A stretch of 62,881 nucleotides of DNA, counting the filler. It is 8 parts of 8 records of this genome, joined end to end, with 100 filler letters (N's around TTAATTAATTAA, not from the genome) between each part and the next. Parts side by side here need not be neighbours in the genome. Positions count along the whole stretch, not along the records: positions 40,438 to 50,459 come from DRR723986_14589; 7 more parts are not named here. One strand, written 5' to 3'. Made by a program: the position numbers and the translations under genes. The notes under the pieces are model-generated. The model was given only the letters and a program-made list of their open reading frames with translations. It was not told where the DNA came from and did not search any database. Shown piece after piece: positions 40,580 through 50,559 of this stretch (within the stretch, counting starts at the first letter, position 1; each line of letters opens with the position of its first letter).

Positions 40580-41578
40580 ATGCAAAAAAAAGCCTCCATC
40601 CTGCTGACCGGCGGCACCGGATCCTTCGGATCCCATTTCGTGCCGATGACGCTGGAAAAATACGACCCTGCGCGCCTGATTATCTACTCGCGGGACGAGA
40701 TGAAACAGTGGGAGATGGCCAAGAAGTACAGTGACGATCCGCGGGTGCGGTTCTTCATTGGCGATGTGCGCGACCGCGAGCGGCTGTACCGCGCGCTCGA
40801 TGGCGTGGATTACGTGGTTCACGCCGCCGCGACCAAGATCGTGCCAACCGCAGAATACAACCCGTTTGAATGCGTCAAGACCAATGTGAACGGCGCGATG
40901 AACCTGATTGACGCCTGTATCGACAAGAAGGTCAAGAAATGCGTGGCCCTGTCCACCGACAAGGCGTCATCGCCTGTCAATCTTTACGGTGCAACCAAGC
41001 TGGCGTCCGACAAGCTATTTGTGTCGGGCAATTCCTATGCCGGGGCAGATGGCTGCCGTTTCTCGGTCGTGCGCTATGGCAACGTCATGGGGTCGCGCGG
41101 GTCGGTCATTCCCTTCTTCAAATCGCTCGAAGCGGGAACCCGTCTGCCGATTACCGACAAGCGCATGACCCGCTTCATGATCACCCTGCCGCAAGGGGTA
41201 GAGCTTGTGTGGCACGCATTCGAAGACATGGTTGGCGGCGAGATCTATGTGAAGAAGATCCCGTCCATGAACATCCTCGATATCGCCGAGGCCTGTGTTC
41301 CGGGCCGAAACCATGAGGTTGTCGGTATCCGCCCCGGTGAAAAGCTGCACGAGCAGATGATCGGGGAAGAGGACGCCGCCCACACCTATGAATACCCTGA
41401 ACACTTCAAGATCCTGCCCGCGATCCACAACTGGTCAAGGGATGCTGGACGGATCAAGGATGGTGTGAAGGTGCCAGACGGGTTTTCCTATGTCTCTGAC
41501 ACCAATCCTGACTGGATGTCGATCGACGCGCTGCGCGCATGGATCGAGGCCAATGCGGAAACGATCGGGCATTTCTGA
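40580..41578 (+). CDS. pseB: UDP-GlcNAc 4,6-dehydratase (inverting)
   Basis: TGGTGSFG, YSRDEMKQ, AEYNPFE, LSTDKA, YGATKL, RYGNVMGSRGSV, GIRPGEKLHE. Confidence 0.95.
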   Translation: MQKKASILLTGGTGSFGSHFVPMTLEKYDPARLIIYSRDEMKQWEMAKKYSDDPRVRFFIGDVRDRERLYRALDGVDYVVHAAATKIVPTAEYNPFECVKTNVNGAMNLIDACIDKKVKKCVALSTDKASSPVNLYGATKLASDKLFVSGNSYAGADGCRFSVVRYGNVMGSRGSVIPFFKSLEAGTRLPITDKRMTRFMITLPQGVELVWHAFEDMVGGEIYVKKIPSMNILDIAEACVPGRNHEVVGIRPGEKLHEQMIGEEDAAHTYEYPEHFKILPAIHNWSRDAGRIKDGVKVPDGFSYVSDTNPDWMSIDALRAWIEANAETIGHF

Positions 41579-42741
41579 TGTCTGATACGGGCTTTATCCC
41601 TTATGGTCGGCAGGACATCTCGGACGAGGATATCGCCGCCGTTGTCGGGGTGCTGCGGTCCGATTTTCTGACGCAAGGCCCGAAAGTGCCGGAATTCGAG
41701 GCCGCGATTGCGGGCGTGACCGGCGCAGCCCACGCGGTGGCCGTGAACTCGGCCACCTCTGCGCTGCATATCGCCTGTCTGGCGCTCGGGCTGAAACCCG
41801 GCGGGCTAGTCTGGACGGCACCGAACACTTTCGTTGCGTCTGCCAATGTGGCGCGGCTGTGCGGGGCGGATGTTGATTTCGTCGACATAAGCGCCAGCGA
41901 TTACTGCATGGACCCGCTGGCGCTGGAGGCAAAGCTGGCGTCGACGGACCGCAAGCCCGACATCCTGATTCCGGTCCATTTCGCGGGCCAGTCGGCGGAT
42001 ATGAAAGCCATCGGCGCGATTGCCAAGGCGCACGACATTCGCGTGATCGAGGACGCCAGCCATTGCATCGGCGGCGGCTATAATGGCCAACCCATCGGGG
42101 CCTGCGAATTTTCCGACATCTGCGTGTTCAGCTTCCATCCGGTCAAGATCATCACCACGGCAGAGGGCGGTCTGGCCACCACGCAGGACGCGGGGCTTGC
42201 CGCGCGCATGACACTGTTCCGGTCCCACGGCGTCACCCGTGACCCAAGCCTGATGGAAACGACGGATGCGGAGCCATGGGAATACGATCAGGTCGCGCTT
42301 GGCCTGAACTATCGGATGACGGAAATGCAGGCCGCGCTTGGCGTCAGCCAGGCCCGGCGGCTGGCCGATTTCGTCGCGCACCGGCAGCGGATGGCCAAAC
42401 GCTATGACGCGCTGCTGGCCGACCTGCCGCTGATCCTGCCGTGGCAAAACCCCGACAGCTATTCGGCGCTGCACCTTTACCCGATCCTGATCGACACGGA
42501 CAAAACCAACCGCACACGGCGCGAGGTCTTCGACCACCTGCGCGAGGCTGGCATTGGCGTGAACGTTCACTATCAGCCGGTCCACACCCAGCCCGACTAT
42601 CAGCGGCTCGGCTTCAAACGTGGCGATTTCCCGGTTTCGGAATGGTATTACGACCGCGCAATCTCGATCCCGCTCTATTATGGCTTGAACGAGGATATGC
42701 AGGACCGGGTGATCGCGGAATTGAAGGCGGCACTCGCCTGA
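41578..42741 (+). CDS. pseC: UDP-4-amino-4,6-dideoxy-N-acetyl-beta-L-altrosamine transaminase
   Basis: IPYGRQ, LTQGPKV, NSATSALH, FSFHPVKIITTAEGG; TGATG coupling with pseB. Confidence 0.93.
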   Translation: MSDTGFIPYGRQDISDEDIAAVVGVLRSDFLTQGPKVPEFEAAIAGVTGAAHAVAVNSATSALHIACLALGLKPGGLVWTAPNTFVASANVARLCGADVDFVDISASDYCMDPLALEAKLASTDRKPDILIPVHFAGQSADMKAIGAIAKAHDIRVIEDASHCIGGGYNGQPIGACEFSDICVFSFHPVKIITTAEGGLATTQDAGLAARMTLFRSHGVTRDPSLMETTDAEPWEYDQVALGLNYRMTEMQAALGVSQARRLADFVAHRQRMAKRYDALLADLPLILPWQNPDSYSALHLYPILIDTDKTNRTRREVFDHLREAGIGVNVHYQPVHTQPDYQRLGFKRGDFPVSEWYYDRAISIPLYYGLNEDMQDRVIAELKAALA

Positions 42742-42855
42742 CCCGCCTGCCGTTTACCCGGCATTAAGGTTAACGCGCGCCGCCCTCCTTCTTCTTGGTT
42801 CAAATACTCTCGTCCCACTGCCCGGTAGGCGGTGCGCACACCGCCGTAAGGGGGC

Positions 42856-43059
42856 TCAGACGGGCTCCCCAAGTTTGGCGAACAGCTCCGAAATCTCATT
42901 GTCCTTGGTGTTGATCTCGCGCACCAGCTCCAACGTGCCCTCGGGATCGGCCCGCAGGGCGACGCGCAGCAGGTTCATCCAGTTGACGTTGTTCTTGGTG
43001 CGCACCTGTTCGATGGCATCGATCAGCTTAAGCTTTTCTTCGATCTGTTCGGGGGTCAT
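42856..43059 (-). CDS. Small helical hypothetical protein (67 aa)
   Basis: GAGAGG RBS, normal codon usage, last gene of the pseF-pseI-GNAT run; motif IEQVRTKNNVNWMNLLRVA. Confidence 0.7.
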   Translation of the reverse strand: MTPEQIEEKLKLIDAIEQVRTKNNVNWMNLLRVALRADPEGTLELVREINTKDNEISELFAKLGEPV

Positions 43060-43070
43060 CTTTCGTCCTC

Positions 43071-43487
43071 TCAGGGTTTCAGGAACCAGTCCATGCCATC
43101 CGCATGGTGGGTGAAATGGAATCCGGCCTTTTGAAAGGCTGCTCGGCTGGCCGGGTTGTCAGGGCGGATGCGGGCGACGAACGGACCCTTTCCTTCGGTC
43201 GCCAGTGCGATCAACGGGGCCGCTTGTCCATGCCCGCGCGCGGCGGGGGCCAGCGTGATCGAAATCTCTGTGCGCAGATCCTTGTCCAACCGCACGGTGC
43301 CAAGCGGGATACCGTCCTCCGCAATCAGGATCTCGCGCAGCGGGTTGGCCAACGATGCCTCCAACCAAGCAACGTGATCCTCCCAAGCGACAGGGTCGCG
43401 ATTGACGGATGCAGCCCGTGTCACGGGGTCGTTGCGCCAATGAAACAGGCGCTCCGCGTCATCCATGGTGGCCTTGCGCAGCCTCAT
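43071..43487 (-). CDS. GNAT N-acetyltransferase, PseH-like
   Basis: LFHWRNDP..R, WEDHVAW, N.AS...FQKAGF; coupled to pseI. Confidence 0.8.
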   Translation of the reverse strand: MRLRKATMDDAERLFHWRNDPVTRAASVNRDPVAWEDHVAWLEASLANPLREILIAEDGIPLGTVRLDKDLRTEISITLAPAARGHGQAAPLIALATEGKGPFVARIRPDNPASRAAFQKAGFHFTHHADGMDWFLKP

Positions 43488-44539
43488 CTCGGGGCGAGAT
43501 CGTCATAGGTGATCGGGTCATATTGCCTGACATCGCGGGCCAAAGCCCGGTCGATCAGGGCGGGCTTGTCGCTGACCGGCACGCCTGCATTGGGCCGCAC
43601 GAAGCGATAGTCGGCGGGGGTCAGCACCGCGCCGGCCGTCAGGTCACGCAGCGCGAAAGCCGAGCGGCGAAAGGCGTCGCGGTTGCCCTGCTCGGCGGCG
43701 GCGGTGTCCTTGCCGTTTGATCCGCGTGCTATGTGAGCAAGCCTTACGCCCTCTGCAATCTCGCGCAGCACATCGGGCGTTGCCGAAAACCGATGATCAG
43801 GGCCAGACCGGGTCATGTCGTCGGTAAAGTGCTTTTCAATCGCGACGGCACCCATGGCGGCGGCCGTGATCGCGACGCCCGGCCCGATCGTGTGGTCAGA
43901 AAATCCCACATGCCGCTTGAACCGATCGCGTAGCGTCGCCATCGAGGCAAGGTTCACATCCTCAACCGGTGCCGGGTAGCTGGACACGCAATGCAACAGC
44001 ACCACGGGGCCCGAGCCGTGCTTGTCCAGCACCTCCATCGCGTGATCGACCTCGGCCAGGTTGGCCATGCCGGTCGACATGATGATCGGCTTGCCGGTTT
44101 GCGCAACGGCGATCAGCAGGTCGTCGAAGGTCATCTCGAAACTGGCGATCTTGTAAACGGCGCAATCCAGCCCTTCCACGAATTCCAGATCGCGCGGATC
44201 GTAGATCGAGGTAAAGGGGATCAGCCCACGGTCACGCGCCTTGGCAAACAGCGGCACGTGGAATTCCATCGGCATCCCGGCGTTGTTGTAGAGATCATAG
44301 AGGTTGTCCGTGCCCCAGACCTTGTCGATCTTCATCGAACTATGAGACGACGGCACCGTCAGGCTATCGGCGTTATAGGTCTGAAACTTGATGCAATCCC
44401 ACCCGGCATCGGCGGCGATATCGACCAGCTTCAGGGCAAGATCCAGATCGCGGTCATGGTTGGCGGAAAGCTCTGCGATGAGGAAACTTTTCTCCCCCTC
44501 GCCAAGGGTAAAATTCTCAATCTGAACAGGCTCGATCAT
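43484..44539 (-). CDS. pseI: Pseudaminic acid synthase (NeuB family)
   Basis: IAELSANH, KFQTY, KIASFE, IMSTGMA, LHCVSSYPA, GFSDHT, IEKHF, C-terminal SAF domain. Confidence 0.88.
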   Translation of the reverse strand: MIEPVQIENFTLGEGEKSFLIAELSANHDRDLDLALKLVDIAADAGWDCIKFQTYNADSLTVPSSHSSMKIDKVWGTDNLYDLYNNAGMPMEFHVPLFAKARDRGLIPFTSIYDPRDLEFVEGLDCAVYKIASFEMTFDDLLIAVAQTGKPIIMSTGMANLAEVDHAMEVLDKHGSGPVVLLHCVSSYPAPVEDVNLASMATLRDRFKRHVGFSDHTIGPGVAITAAAMGAVAIEKHFTDDMTRSGPDHRFSATPDVLREIAEGVRLAHIARGSNGKDTAAAEQGNRDAFRRSAFALRDLTAGAVLTPADYRFVRPNAGVPVSDKPALIDRALARDVRQYDPITYDDLAPR

Positions 44540-44570
44540 GCGGGTGTTTTCCTGTCTGCGCGCGCCCGGG

Positions 44571-45263
44571 TCAAGGCGCTGTGATTTCGCCAGCGTCGAT
44601 CAATGCGCGGGCCATGTATTCTGCGCGGGTCCAGTCCTCGGGCGTGTCCACGTCCTGCACAAGGTGGCGGGGGATGTCCACCATCGCGGTGTCGGGACCG
44701 TAGAGCGGCAACCCAGAAAGCCAAGCCTCGCGCGTGCCCCAGGCAAACAGCGCAGCATCGTGGAACGCTTCGGGCAAGTCCTGGCTACGGGTCTGGGCGT
44801 GCTCTGGCTGGAACATGGCCACGCGGCCAAGGGGGGTGCGCAAAAGGGCACGCTGAACCGGGAATGGGAAGGTAGTGATGGACAGCGAGAAGGCCGCGCC
44901 GTCCAGGGCATCCAGCCCGCGAGTAATGTCCTCGGCGCGCAGAAACGGCGCGGTTGCATAGATCAGGCAGGCGCTGTCAGCGTCCTGCCCGGCAGTTTCC
45001 AGCGCATGACGCACGACTGGCACGACACCGGTGCGGTCATCGGACAAGTCAGCCGGGCGGGTCAACGCCTCTGCCCCGGCAGCGCGGGCAGCGTCAGCAA
45101 TGCCCTCGTCATCCGTCGACACGATGATCCGGTCGAAAAGCCCAGAGGCTGTTGCGGCGGCGATCGGCCAGTGCAGCATCGGGGTGCCGAGGAAGGGTTT
45201 CACGTTCTTGCGTGGGATACGCTTAGATCCGCCGCGGGCTGGAAGGATGGCGATGCGCGTCAT
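44571..45263 (-). CDS. pseF: Pseudaminic acid cytidylyltransferase
   Basis: ILPARGGSKRIPRKN, VSTDD, TRSQDL..FHDA, QDVDTPEDW. Confidence 0.92.
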   Translation of the reverse strand: MTRIAILPARGGSKRIPRKNVKPFLGTPMLHWPIAAATASGLFDRIIVSTDDEGIADAARAAGAEALTRPADLSDDRTGVVPVVRHALETAGQDADSACLIYATAPFLRAEDITRGLDALDGAAFSLSITTFPFPVQRALLRTPLGRVAMFQPEHAQTRSQDLPEAFHDAALFAWGTREAWLSGLPLYGPDTAMVDIPRHLVQDVDTPEDWTRAEYMARALIDAGEITAP

Positions 45264-46753
45264 GGGCGGGTCTCTACCGGGTCGAATGTGTGGGGAACGC
45301 GGCCAGCAAACAGGTCGAGCACGGTTTGTGCGATTGCTTCTGCGTTGACGTCCTGTGGTTGTTCGGCATCTGCGCGCACGAATTGCCGCTGGACATTGCC
45401 TGTATGCGACCGCGCTTGCAGCACCCCGGCGAAGCGTTCCGCCGCTGCCCGATCCGGGATGTTGTTCATGATTTCATCGAAGGTCAGTCCGGGACGATAC
45501 CGCGTCACCCCCGGCGCATCGGCCCACCATGTCGCGCCAAAGCATAAAACCGGCTTTCCGGCGCTGATTGCTTCCCAACCCACGGTGCCCGACACATTCG
45601 CCACCGCCACCGATTTCGCCAGTAATTCCTGACTGTTGGCATAGCTTGGCATTAACTGGACCTGCTTGATCCGGTTCAGCCGGTGAAAGAACAGCGGGCT
45701 GCGCAGCTTGCCGTTCTGCTTGGGGTTTTCCTTCACATAGATCATGTGGCCTTCGGGCAGGATTTCGGCCAGCCGTTCCAGCGCCAGAACCTGATCGCGA
45801 TAGCGCCCGCCAAGGCTGCTGGTGGTCATTTCGGGCTGCCATTGCAGCGGGAAATAGACAAATGGGCGGTCCATGTCCGGCTCGGTATTCTCGACCTCGG
45901 CGATGTACTCGAAATAGGCCAGATGATCGGTGTGGAAGAAGTGGAAATAGGGGTCGCGCCATTTGGGGAACTGCCCGGAAATCCGCCGCATCCGCCGCAG
46001 CAGCCGGATCATGTAGGCCGGGTTCAGCAGCTTGACGGGGTCGTTTACGAGGAAATGCGTGATCATCTGCCCGATGCCCCGCAGGCTTAGACCGCCGGGG
46101 GCTTCGCGTTCCTGTTTGACGCCTTTCATGTAGAACAGATCCGGCCCGCCCTCGGGCAACGGGTGCGGCGCGGCATTGGCATCTTCGGGACGTGGAGCGA
46201 GGCGTCCCAGGTCATAGCTGTTACGCATCGAGAAAAACTGACGCGGGAAAAAGCTTTGCCGAAGGATCAGCACGTCCAGCCCAAGCGCGTCGGCCGCATG
46301 TTTCAGGCAGGTGTCATAGAACATGTGGGGTATGTCGAAAAACAGGACATGGGTGATCCGTTCCTGCTGCAACATCCGGCCCATGACATCATGGGCGATG
46401 TGGGTGATGTGCTGATAATCCTGAAGATCCTGAATGCCGTGATGCTTGTAGGCCATGCGGTCAGAGCCGCGCGTGAGGTTGTCGATGGCCTCGATCTGCG
46501 CGGCGACCATCCCGGGCCCGGCTTCAAGCGTCCGTGCTGACCCGGTGAAGTGATCACTGTCCATCAGGTCGCCACGCCCGCCCTTAACGGCGCGCATCCG
46601 AAAGAAGTTGTTGGCCTTGTAGTCCGCGTCCTTGCCGCCAAGATGGACCACATGTTCGATCCTCTCGGCTGCGATGCGTTTCAACGCATCGATCACGGCG
46701 GCATTCGGGGCGGCAGTGGCAACGCAGCAAAGACGAATCGGACGATCAGTCAT
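45260..46753 (-). CDS. Capsule polysaccharide biosynthesis protein (KpsS/LipB-like glycosyltransferase)
   Basis: YFPLQWQPEMTT, YVKENP, SGTVGWEA...GKPV. Confidence 0.75.
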   Translation of the reverse strand: MTDRPIRLCCVATAAPNAAVIDALKRIAAERIEHVVHLGGKDADYKANNFFRMRAVKGGRGDLMDSDHFTGSARTLEAGPGMVAAQIEAIDNLTRGSDRMAYKHHGIQDLQDYQHITHIAHDVMGRMLQQERITHVLFFDIPHMFYDTCLKHAADALGLDVLILRQSFFPRQFFSMRNSYDLGRLAPRPEDANAAPHPLPEGGPDLFYMKGVKQEREAPGGLSLRGIGQMITHFLVNDPVKLLNPAYMIRLLRRMRRISGQFPKWRDPYFHFFHTDHLAYFEYIAEVENTEPDMDRPFVYFPLQWQPEMTTSSLGGRYRDQVLALERLAEILPEGHMIYVKENPKQNGKLRSPLFFHRLNRIKQVQLMPSYANSQELLAKSVAVANVSGTVGWEAISAGKPVLCFGATWWADAPGVTRYRPGLTFDEIMNNIPDRAAAERFAGVLQARSHTGNVQRQFVRADAEQPQDVNAEAIAQTVLDLFAGRVPHTFDPVETRP

Positions 46754-47693
46754 CCTTCTGATCCCTGTTCAGGAAGGCAGCGACACGAGGCGCGCTTGGG
46801 GTGCCGATCCGCGACCGGGATCGCAGCACCGGCTGGTTGGAACTGCCCTTGCGCTTGTCTTCGCGCAGCACGATGTAGAGGCCAGAGGCGATGATGATCC
46901 CGGTGCCGACCATTGTCATCCGGTCGAGGCTTTCGTCAAAGAAGATCGCACCGAAGATGCTGGCCCAGATGATCTGCGAATACTGCATCGGCGCCACGAT
47001 CACCGCCGGAGCCGAGCGGTAGGCGGTCACCAGACACGCCATTGCAATCAACGCCAGCAGGGCAACGACGGCCGAGGCACCAAGATCGACAAGTTCGACC
47101 GGCACATACACGAATGGCAGCAACGCTCCCATCACCACGAAGTTCACCAGCAGAGGATAGAGTTGCAGGACCACCGTCCGTTCCGCCCGCCCGATCTTGC
47201 GCATGATGATCGAGCTGAAGGCGCTGAACACGGCACCGAACAGCGCGGCGGCATGGCCAAGCGACAGGTCGGCGCTGCCCGGGCGCAGAACAACGATCAC
47301 ACCAGCCAGACCAACAAAAACAGCGGCTGCCCGGTGCAACCCCACCCGTTCCTTCAGCATCGGGATCGCCAGCACCGTGACCAGCAAAGGCATGGCAAAC
47401 AGGATGGGATAGACTTGCGTCAGGGGAAGAACCGAGAAGGCATAAAACGCACTGGCCGCGCCAAGCGCGCCGCTGATGGTTCGTGCAGCCGTCCACCAGG
47501 GATGGACAGGAACCAGCGATCCCCCTTCGGAATCACGGATCATGACGAAGGTCAGCAACGGAAAGCTGAACAGAACTGTAAAGAAGATGATCTGGATCGG
47601 GCTATAGCTGCCGCCAAGGATTTTAATCACCACGTCATGCGTGGCGAAAATGGCAAAGGCGAGAAGCGCGAAGAGGGCGCCTTTCAGTTGCAT
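46746..47693 (-). CDS. DMT/EamA family transporter
   Basis: About 10 TM helices; LKERVG..R, APMQYSQIIWA. Start set to ATG 47693. Confidence 0.9.
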   Translation of the reverse strand: MQLKGALFALLAFAIFATHDVVIKILGGSYSPIQIIFFTVLFSFPLLTFVMIRDSEGGSLVPVHPWWTAARTISGALGAASAFYAFSVLPLTQVYPILFAMPLLVTVLAIPMLKERVGLHRAAAVFVGLAGVIVVLRPGSADLSLGHAAALFGAVFSAFSSIIMRKIGRAERTVVLQLYPLLVNFVVMGALLPFVYVPVELVDLGASAVVALLALIAMACLVTAYRSAPAVIVAPMQYSQIIWASIFGAIFFDESLDRMTMVGTGIIIASGLYIVLREDKRKGSSNQPVLRSRSRIGTPSAPRVAAFLNRDQKDD

Positions 47694-47831
47694 GACGAAC
47701 AGGTTCCAGGTTTGGGACAGGGCAACAGCATCACGGATCGGCGCGGCTGGCAACCCGATGCGGGTGACAATCCGACCGCATGGACGCGGGCTTGGTCGCA
47801 TGGCACTAACACCCCGAGGGTGATTTGACAA

Positions 47832-49442
47832 ATGACAGCTGAAATCCTCGTACTGGCCGGTGGTGTTGGTCTCTTTCTTGTCGGGATGGAGATCATGACC
47901 GAGGCATTGCGCGCCTTGGCCAGCCGCCATCTGCGCGGGTTCCTTGCCCGGTTCACAACCTCGCCCCTCACCGGCACCCTTACCGGTGCGGCCAGCACCG
48001 CCGTGATCCAGTCTTCGTCTGCCACCATGGTCACCGTGATCGGCTTTGTCGGAGCAGGGTTGATGAGCTTTCCGCAAGCCATCGGGGTCATTTACGGGGC
48101 CAATGTCGGCACGACGTTCACGGGTTGGATCGTCGCGTTGCTTGGCCTGAAGCTAAGCCTTGGCACCATTGCCCTGCCGCTGCTGCTGGTGGCAGTGCTT
48201 GTATCGCTGCTGACCCGAGGGCGCGCGGCGAGAATTGCGCGGGCGGTGACGGGGTTCTGTCTGATCTTCATCGGGCTCGACATGATGAAAGATGCGGTTG
48301 CCGGGTTCGAGGGGCTGCTGACCGCCGAAGTCCTGCCGGGGGACGGTTTCCTCGGCCGGGTGCTGCTGGTGCTGATCGGGGCCGGGGTGACAATTGCCAT
48401 CCAGTCCTCCAGCGCGGCGCTTGCTGCGACGCTGGTTCTGCTGGCGGCGGGATCAATCACGCTTGGCCAGGGGGCGGCTCTGGTCATCGGGATGAATGTG
48501 GGCACGACCTTTACCGCGTTGCTTGTCACCATCGGCGGATCGCGAGACATGCTGCGCACGGCGGTGGCGCACAGCGTCTACAACATCGCCACCGGTGTTG
48601 TGGTCTTTGCGCTGCTGGTGCCAGCGCTGACAGCGCTGGCTTCTGCATTTCCCAACGATCCGACAACCGCGTTGGTTGTTTTTCACACCGCCTTCAACGT
48701 TGCGGGGGCCGCTATCATGCTGCCGTTCACCGGGCCGTTTGCCCGATTGATCGAACGGCTCGTTCCAGGGCGAGAGGGCGCGCTGACCGATGCGCTGGAC
48801 CGGCGTTTGCTGAACGATCCAAGTGCTGCGATGGATGCAGCGCGGACCACGGCGCTCAGGATCATGCAGGCGGAATTCGCCGCAGCGGGGGAGTATCTGA
48901 AATCCCCGCCCGGACTGCTGCCCGCACCGCGCGTTGCCCTGCTGCAAACGCCTCTCGATGATTTGCAACACTACCTCACGCAGATCAGGGTGCCTGAAGG
49001 GGACGCGTCCATTGCCAACCGCTATTCCGCCTTGCTGCACCTGTACGATCATCTGCATCGCATGGCCCATCAACTGGTTGCCGAGGATCTGTCGCCGGTC
49101 TTGCTGTCAGATCCCGGCTTGCGTCGCCCGGCACTGGCCTTTGGCCAGGCGTTGCGCCGGTTCTCAGTTGCAGAAGATGCGCCTTCGCCGGTCAAGATGA
49201 CCCGGCTGGCTTCGCTTGTCGCGGGACGGTCGCGCAAGTTGCGGCGGTCCGCATTGCTTAGGGAACATGTGGGATTGGTAAGCGTGCCCGAAGTGTTCGA
49301 ACTGACAGACGCCATGCGATGGCTGGAACGGACCTCGCACAATGCGGACAGGGCGCTGTTCTATGCTGCACTGGCAGAACACGCGCCAGCGGACCGACCT
49401 CTGCCCGAAAGGCTGCTCGGGGATGAAAAGAGCGCCCGATAG
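47832..49442 (+). CDS. Na/Pi cotransporter family protein
   Basis: GGVGLFLVGM; QSSSA and G(A/M)NVGTT motifs each present twice. Confidence 0.9.
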   Translation: MTAEILVLAGGVGLFLVGMEIMTEALRALASRHLRGFLARFTTSPLTGTLTGAASTAVIQSSSATMVTVIGFVGAGLMSFPQAIGVIYGANVGTTFTGWIVALLGLKLSLGTIALPLLLVAVLVSLLTRGRAARIARAVTGFCLIFIGLDMMKDAVAGFEGLLTAEVLPGDGFLGRVLLVLIGAGVTIAIQSSSAALAATLVLLAAGSITLGQGAALVIGMNVGTTFTALLVTIGGSRDMLRTAVAHSVYNIATGVVVFALLVPALTALASAFPNDPTTALVVFHTAFNVAGAAIMLPFTGPFARLIERLVPGREGALTDALDRRLLNDPSAAMDAARTTALRIMQAEFAAAGEYLKSPPGLLPAPRVALLQTPLDDLQHYLTQIRVPEGDASIANRYSALLHLYDHLHRMAHQLVAEDLSPVLLSDPGLRRPALAFGQALRRFSVAEDAPSPVKMTRLASLVAGRSRKLRRSALLREHVGLVSVPEVFELTDAMRWLERTSHNADRALFYAALAEHAPADRPLPERLLGDEKSAR

Positions 49443-49459
49443 GGGCGCCCTTCACAATC

Positions 49460-49846
49460 TCAGGGGCAGAGAGACGCCGTCCAGTCGCGGGACTCACCGC
49501 GCCAGCACTGCTGACGATGGCCATATCCCACCAAGGTCCAACCGCCTTCGCCCCGTTCCAGGACGTAGCGCCTTTGAACGGCAGAAACGGAATCATCGGC
49601 CAGGCCGGATTCGGTGATCTCGATAGTCAGAGTGCCGTCTTCATCAATGCCCGACATCATGGTCAGGGCGGGGCGGCCTTCGCCCTCTTCGGGAAAGCCC
49701 ATCACCCAGTCGGCTATCAGCGCCATGGGTTGATCGTAGCTGGTCGTTTCGGGCACCCGAAAATCGGAATACCCGTCAAGGATCTCTACACCGTCGGCAA
49801 AGGCCGGCGAGGCGCAAAGACAAAATGCTAGAATGGCTCGTTTCAT
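49460..49846 (-). CDS. Secreted acidic hypothetical protein
   Basis: Signal peptide MKRAILAFCLCASPAFA; GLADDSV...R and C-terminal CWRG...WT..LCP. Confidence 0.7.
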   Translation of the reverse strand: MKRAILAFCLCASPAFADGVEILDGYSDFRVPETTSYDQPMALIADWVMGFPEEGEGRPALTMMSGIDEDGTLTIEITESGLADDSVSAVQRRYVLERGEGGWTLVGYGHRQQCWRGESRDWTASLCP

Positions 49847-49852
49847 AAATCA

Positions 49853-49895
49853 CCTTCAGGTTTGGAATAGGGTTACCCTATCCCAAGCCTGAAGG
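49853..49895. repeat. Imperfect inverted repeat with 21-bp arms
   Basis: CCTTCAGGTTTGGAATAGGGT-T-ACCCTATCCCAAGCCTGAAGG, 19 of 21 Watson-Crick pairs. Confidence 0.75.
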
Positions 49896-49919
49896 CAGCG
49901 TCGAGACTGAACTCGGCGT

Positions 49920-50459
49920 TCAGAGGCTGGCATCCAGCTTGGCGACGATTGCATCGCCCATTTCGCTGGTGCTCACAGGGCTTTTGCCCTCTTCGCCCAG
50001 AAGATCGGCAGTGCGCAGACCGTCGGCCAGAACATCCTCGACGGCCTTTTCCAGACGATCCGCCTCGGTGCCCATATCGAAGCTGTAGCGCAGTGCCATG
50101 GCGAAGCTGAGGATGCAGGCGATCGGGTTTGCCTTGCCCTGACCGGCGATATCGGGGGCAGAGCCGTGGACGGGTTCATAGAGCGCCTTCGGGCGGCCGT
50201 TTTCCATCGGTGCGCCAAGCGAGGCCGAGGGCAACATCCCGAGCGACCCGGTCAGCATCGCGGCGGCATCGGACAGCAGGTCGCCAAAGAGGTTGTCCGT
50301 CACGATCACATCGAACTGCTTGGGCCAGCGGCAAAGCTGCATGGCGCCCGCGTCGGCATACATATGCGACAATTCCACGTCCGGGTATTCCGCCTGATGA
50401 ACCTCGGTCACCACGTCGCGCCACAGGATGCCCGATTCCATCACATTGGCCTTCTCCAT
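49920..50459 (-). CDS. leuB: 3-isopropylmalate dehydrogenase, C-terminal part
   Basis: [35 protein letters not shown]. Confidence 0.96.
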   Translation of the reverse strand: MEKANVMESGILWRDVVTEVHQAEYPDVELSHMYADAGAMQLCRWPKQFDVIVTDNLFGDLLSDAAAMLTGSLGMLPSASLGAPMENGRPKALYEPVHGSAPDIAGQGKANPIACILSFAMALRYSFDMGTEADRLEKAVEDVLADGLRTADLLGEEGKSPVSTSEMGDAIVAKLDASL

Positions 50460-50559
50460 NNNNNNNNNNNNNNNNNNNNNNNNNNNNNNNNNNNNNNNNN
50501 NNNTTAATTAATTAANNNNNNNNNNNNNNNNNNNNNNNNNNNNNNNNNNNNNNNNNNNN
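50460..50559. other. Artificial contig linker
   Basis: N44-TTAATTAATTAA-N44. Confidence 0.99.

Noticed and set aside
34258..42741. Apparent glmU-glmS / sel / pse super-cluster for selenium-linked sugar synthesis
   Set aside because: The genes lie on three different contigs separated by artificial linkers.
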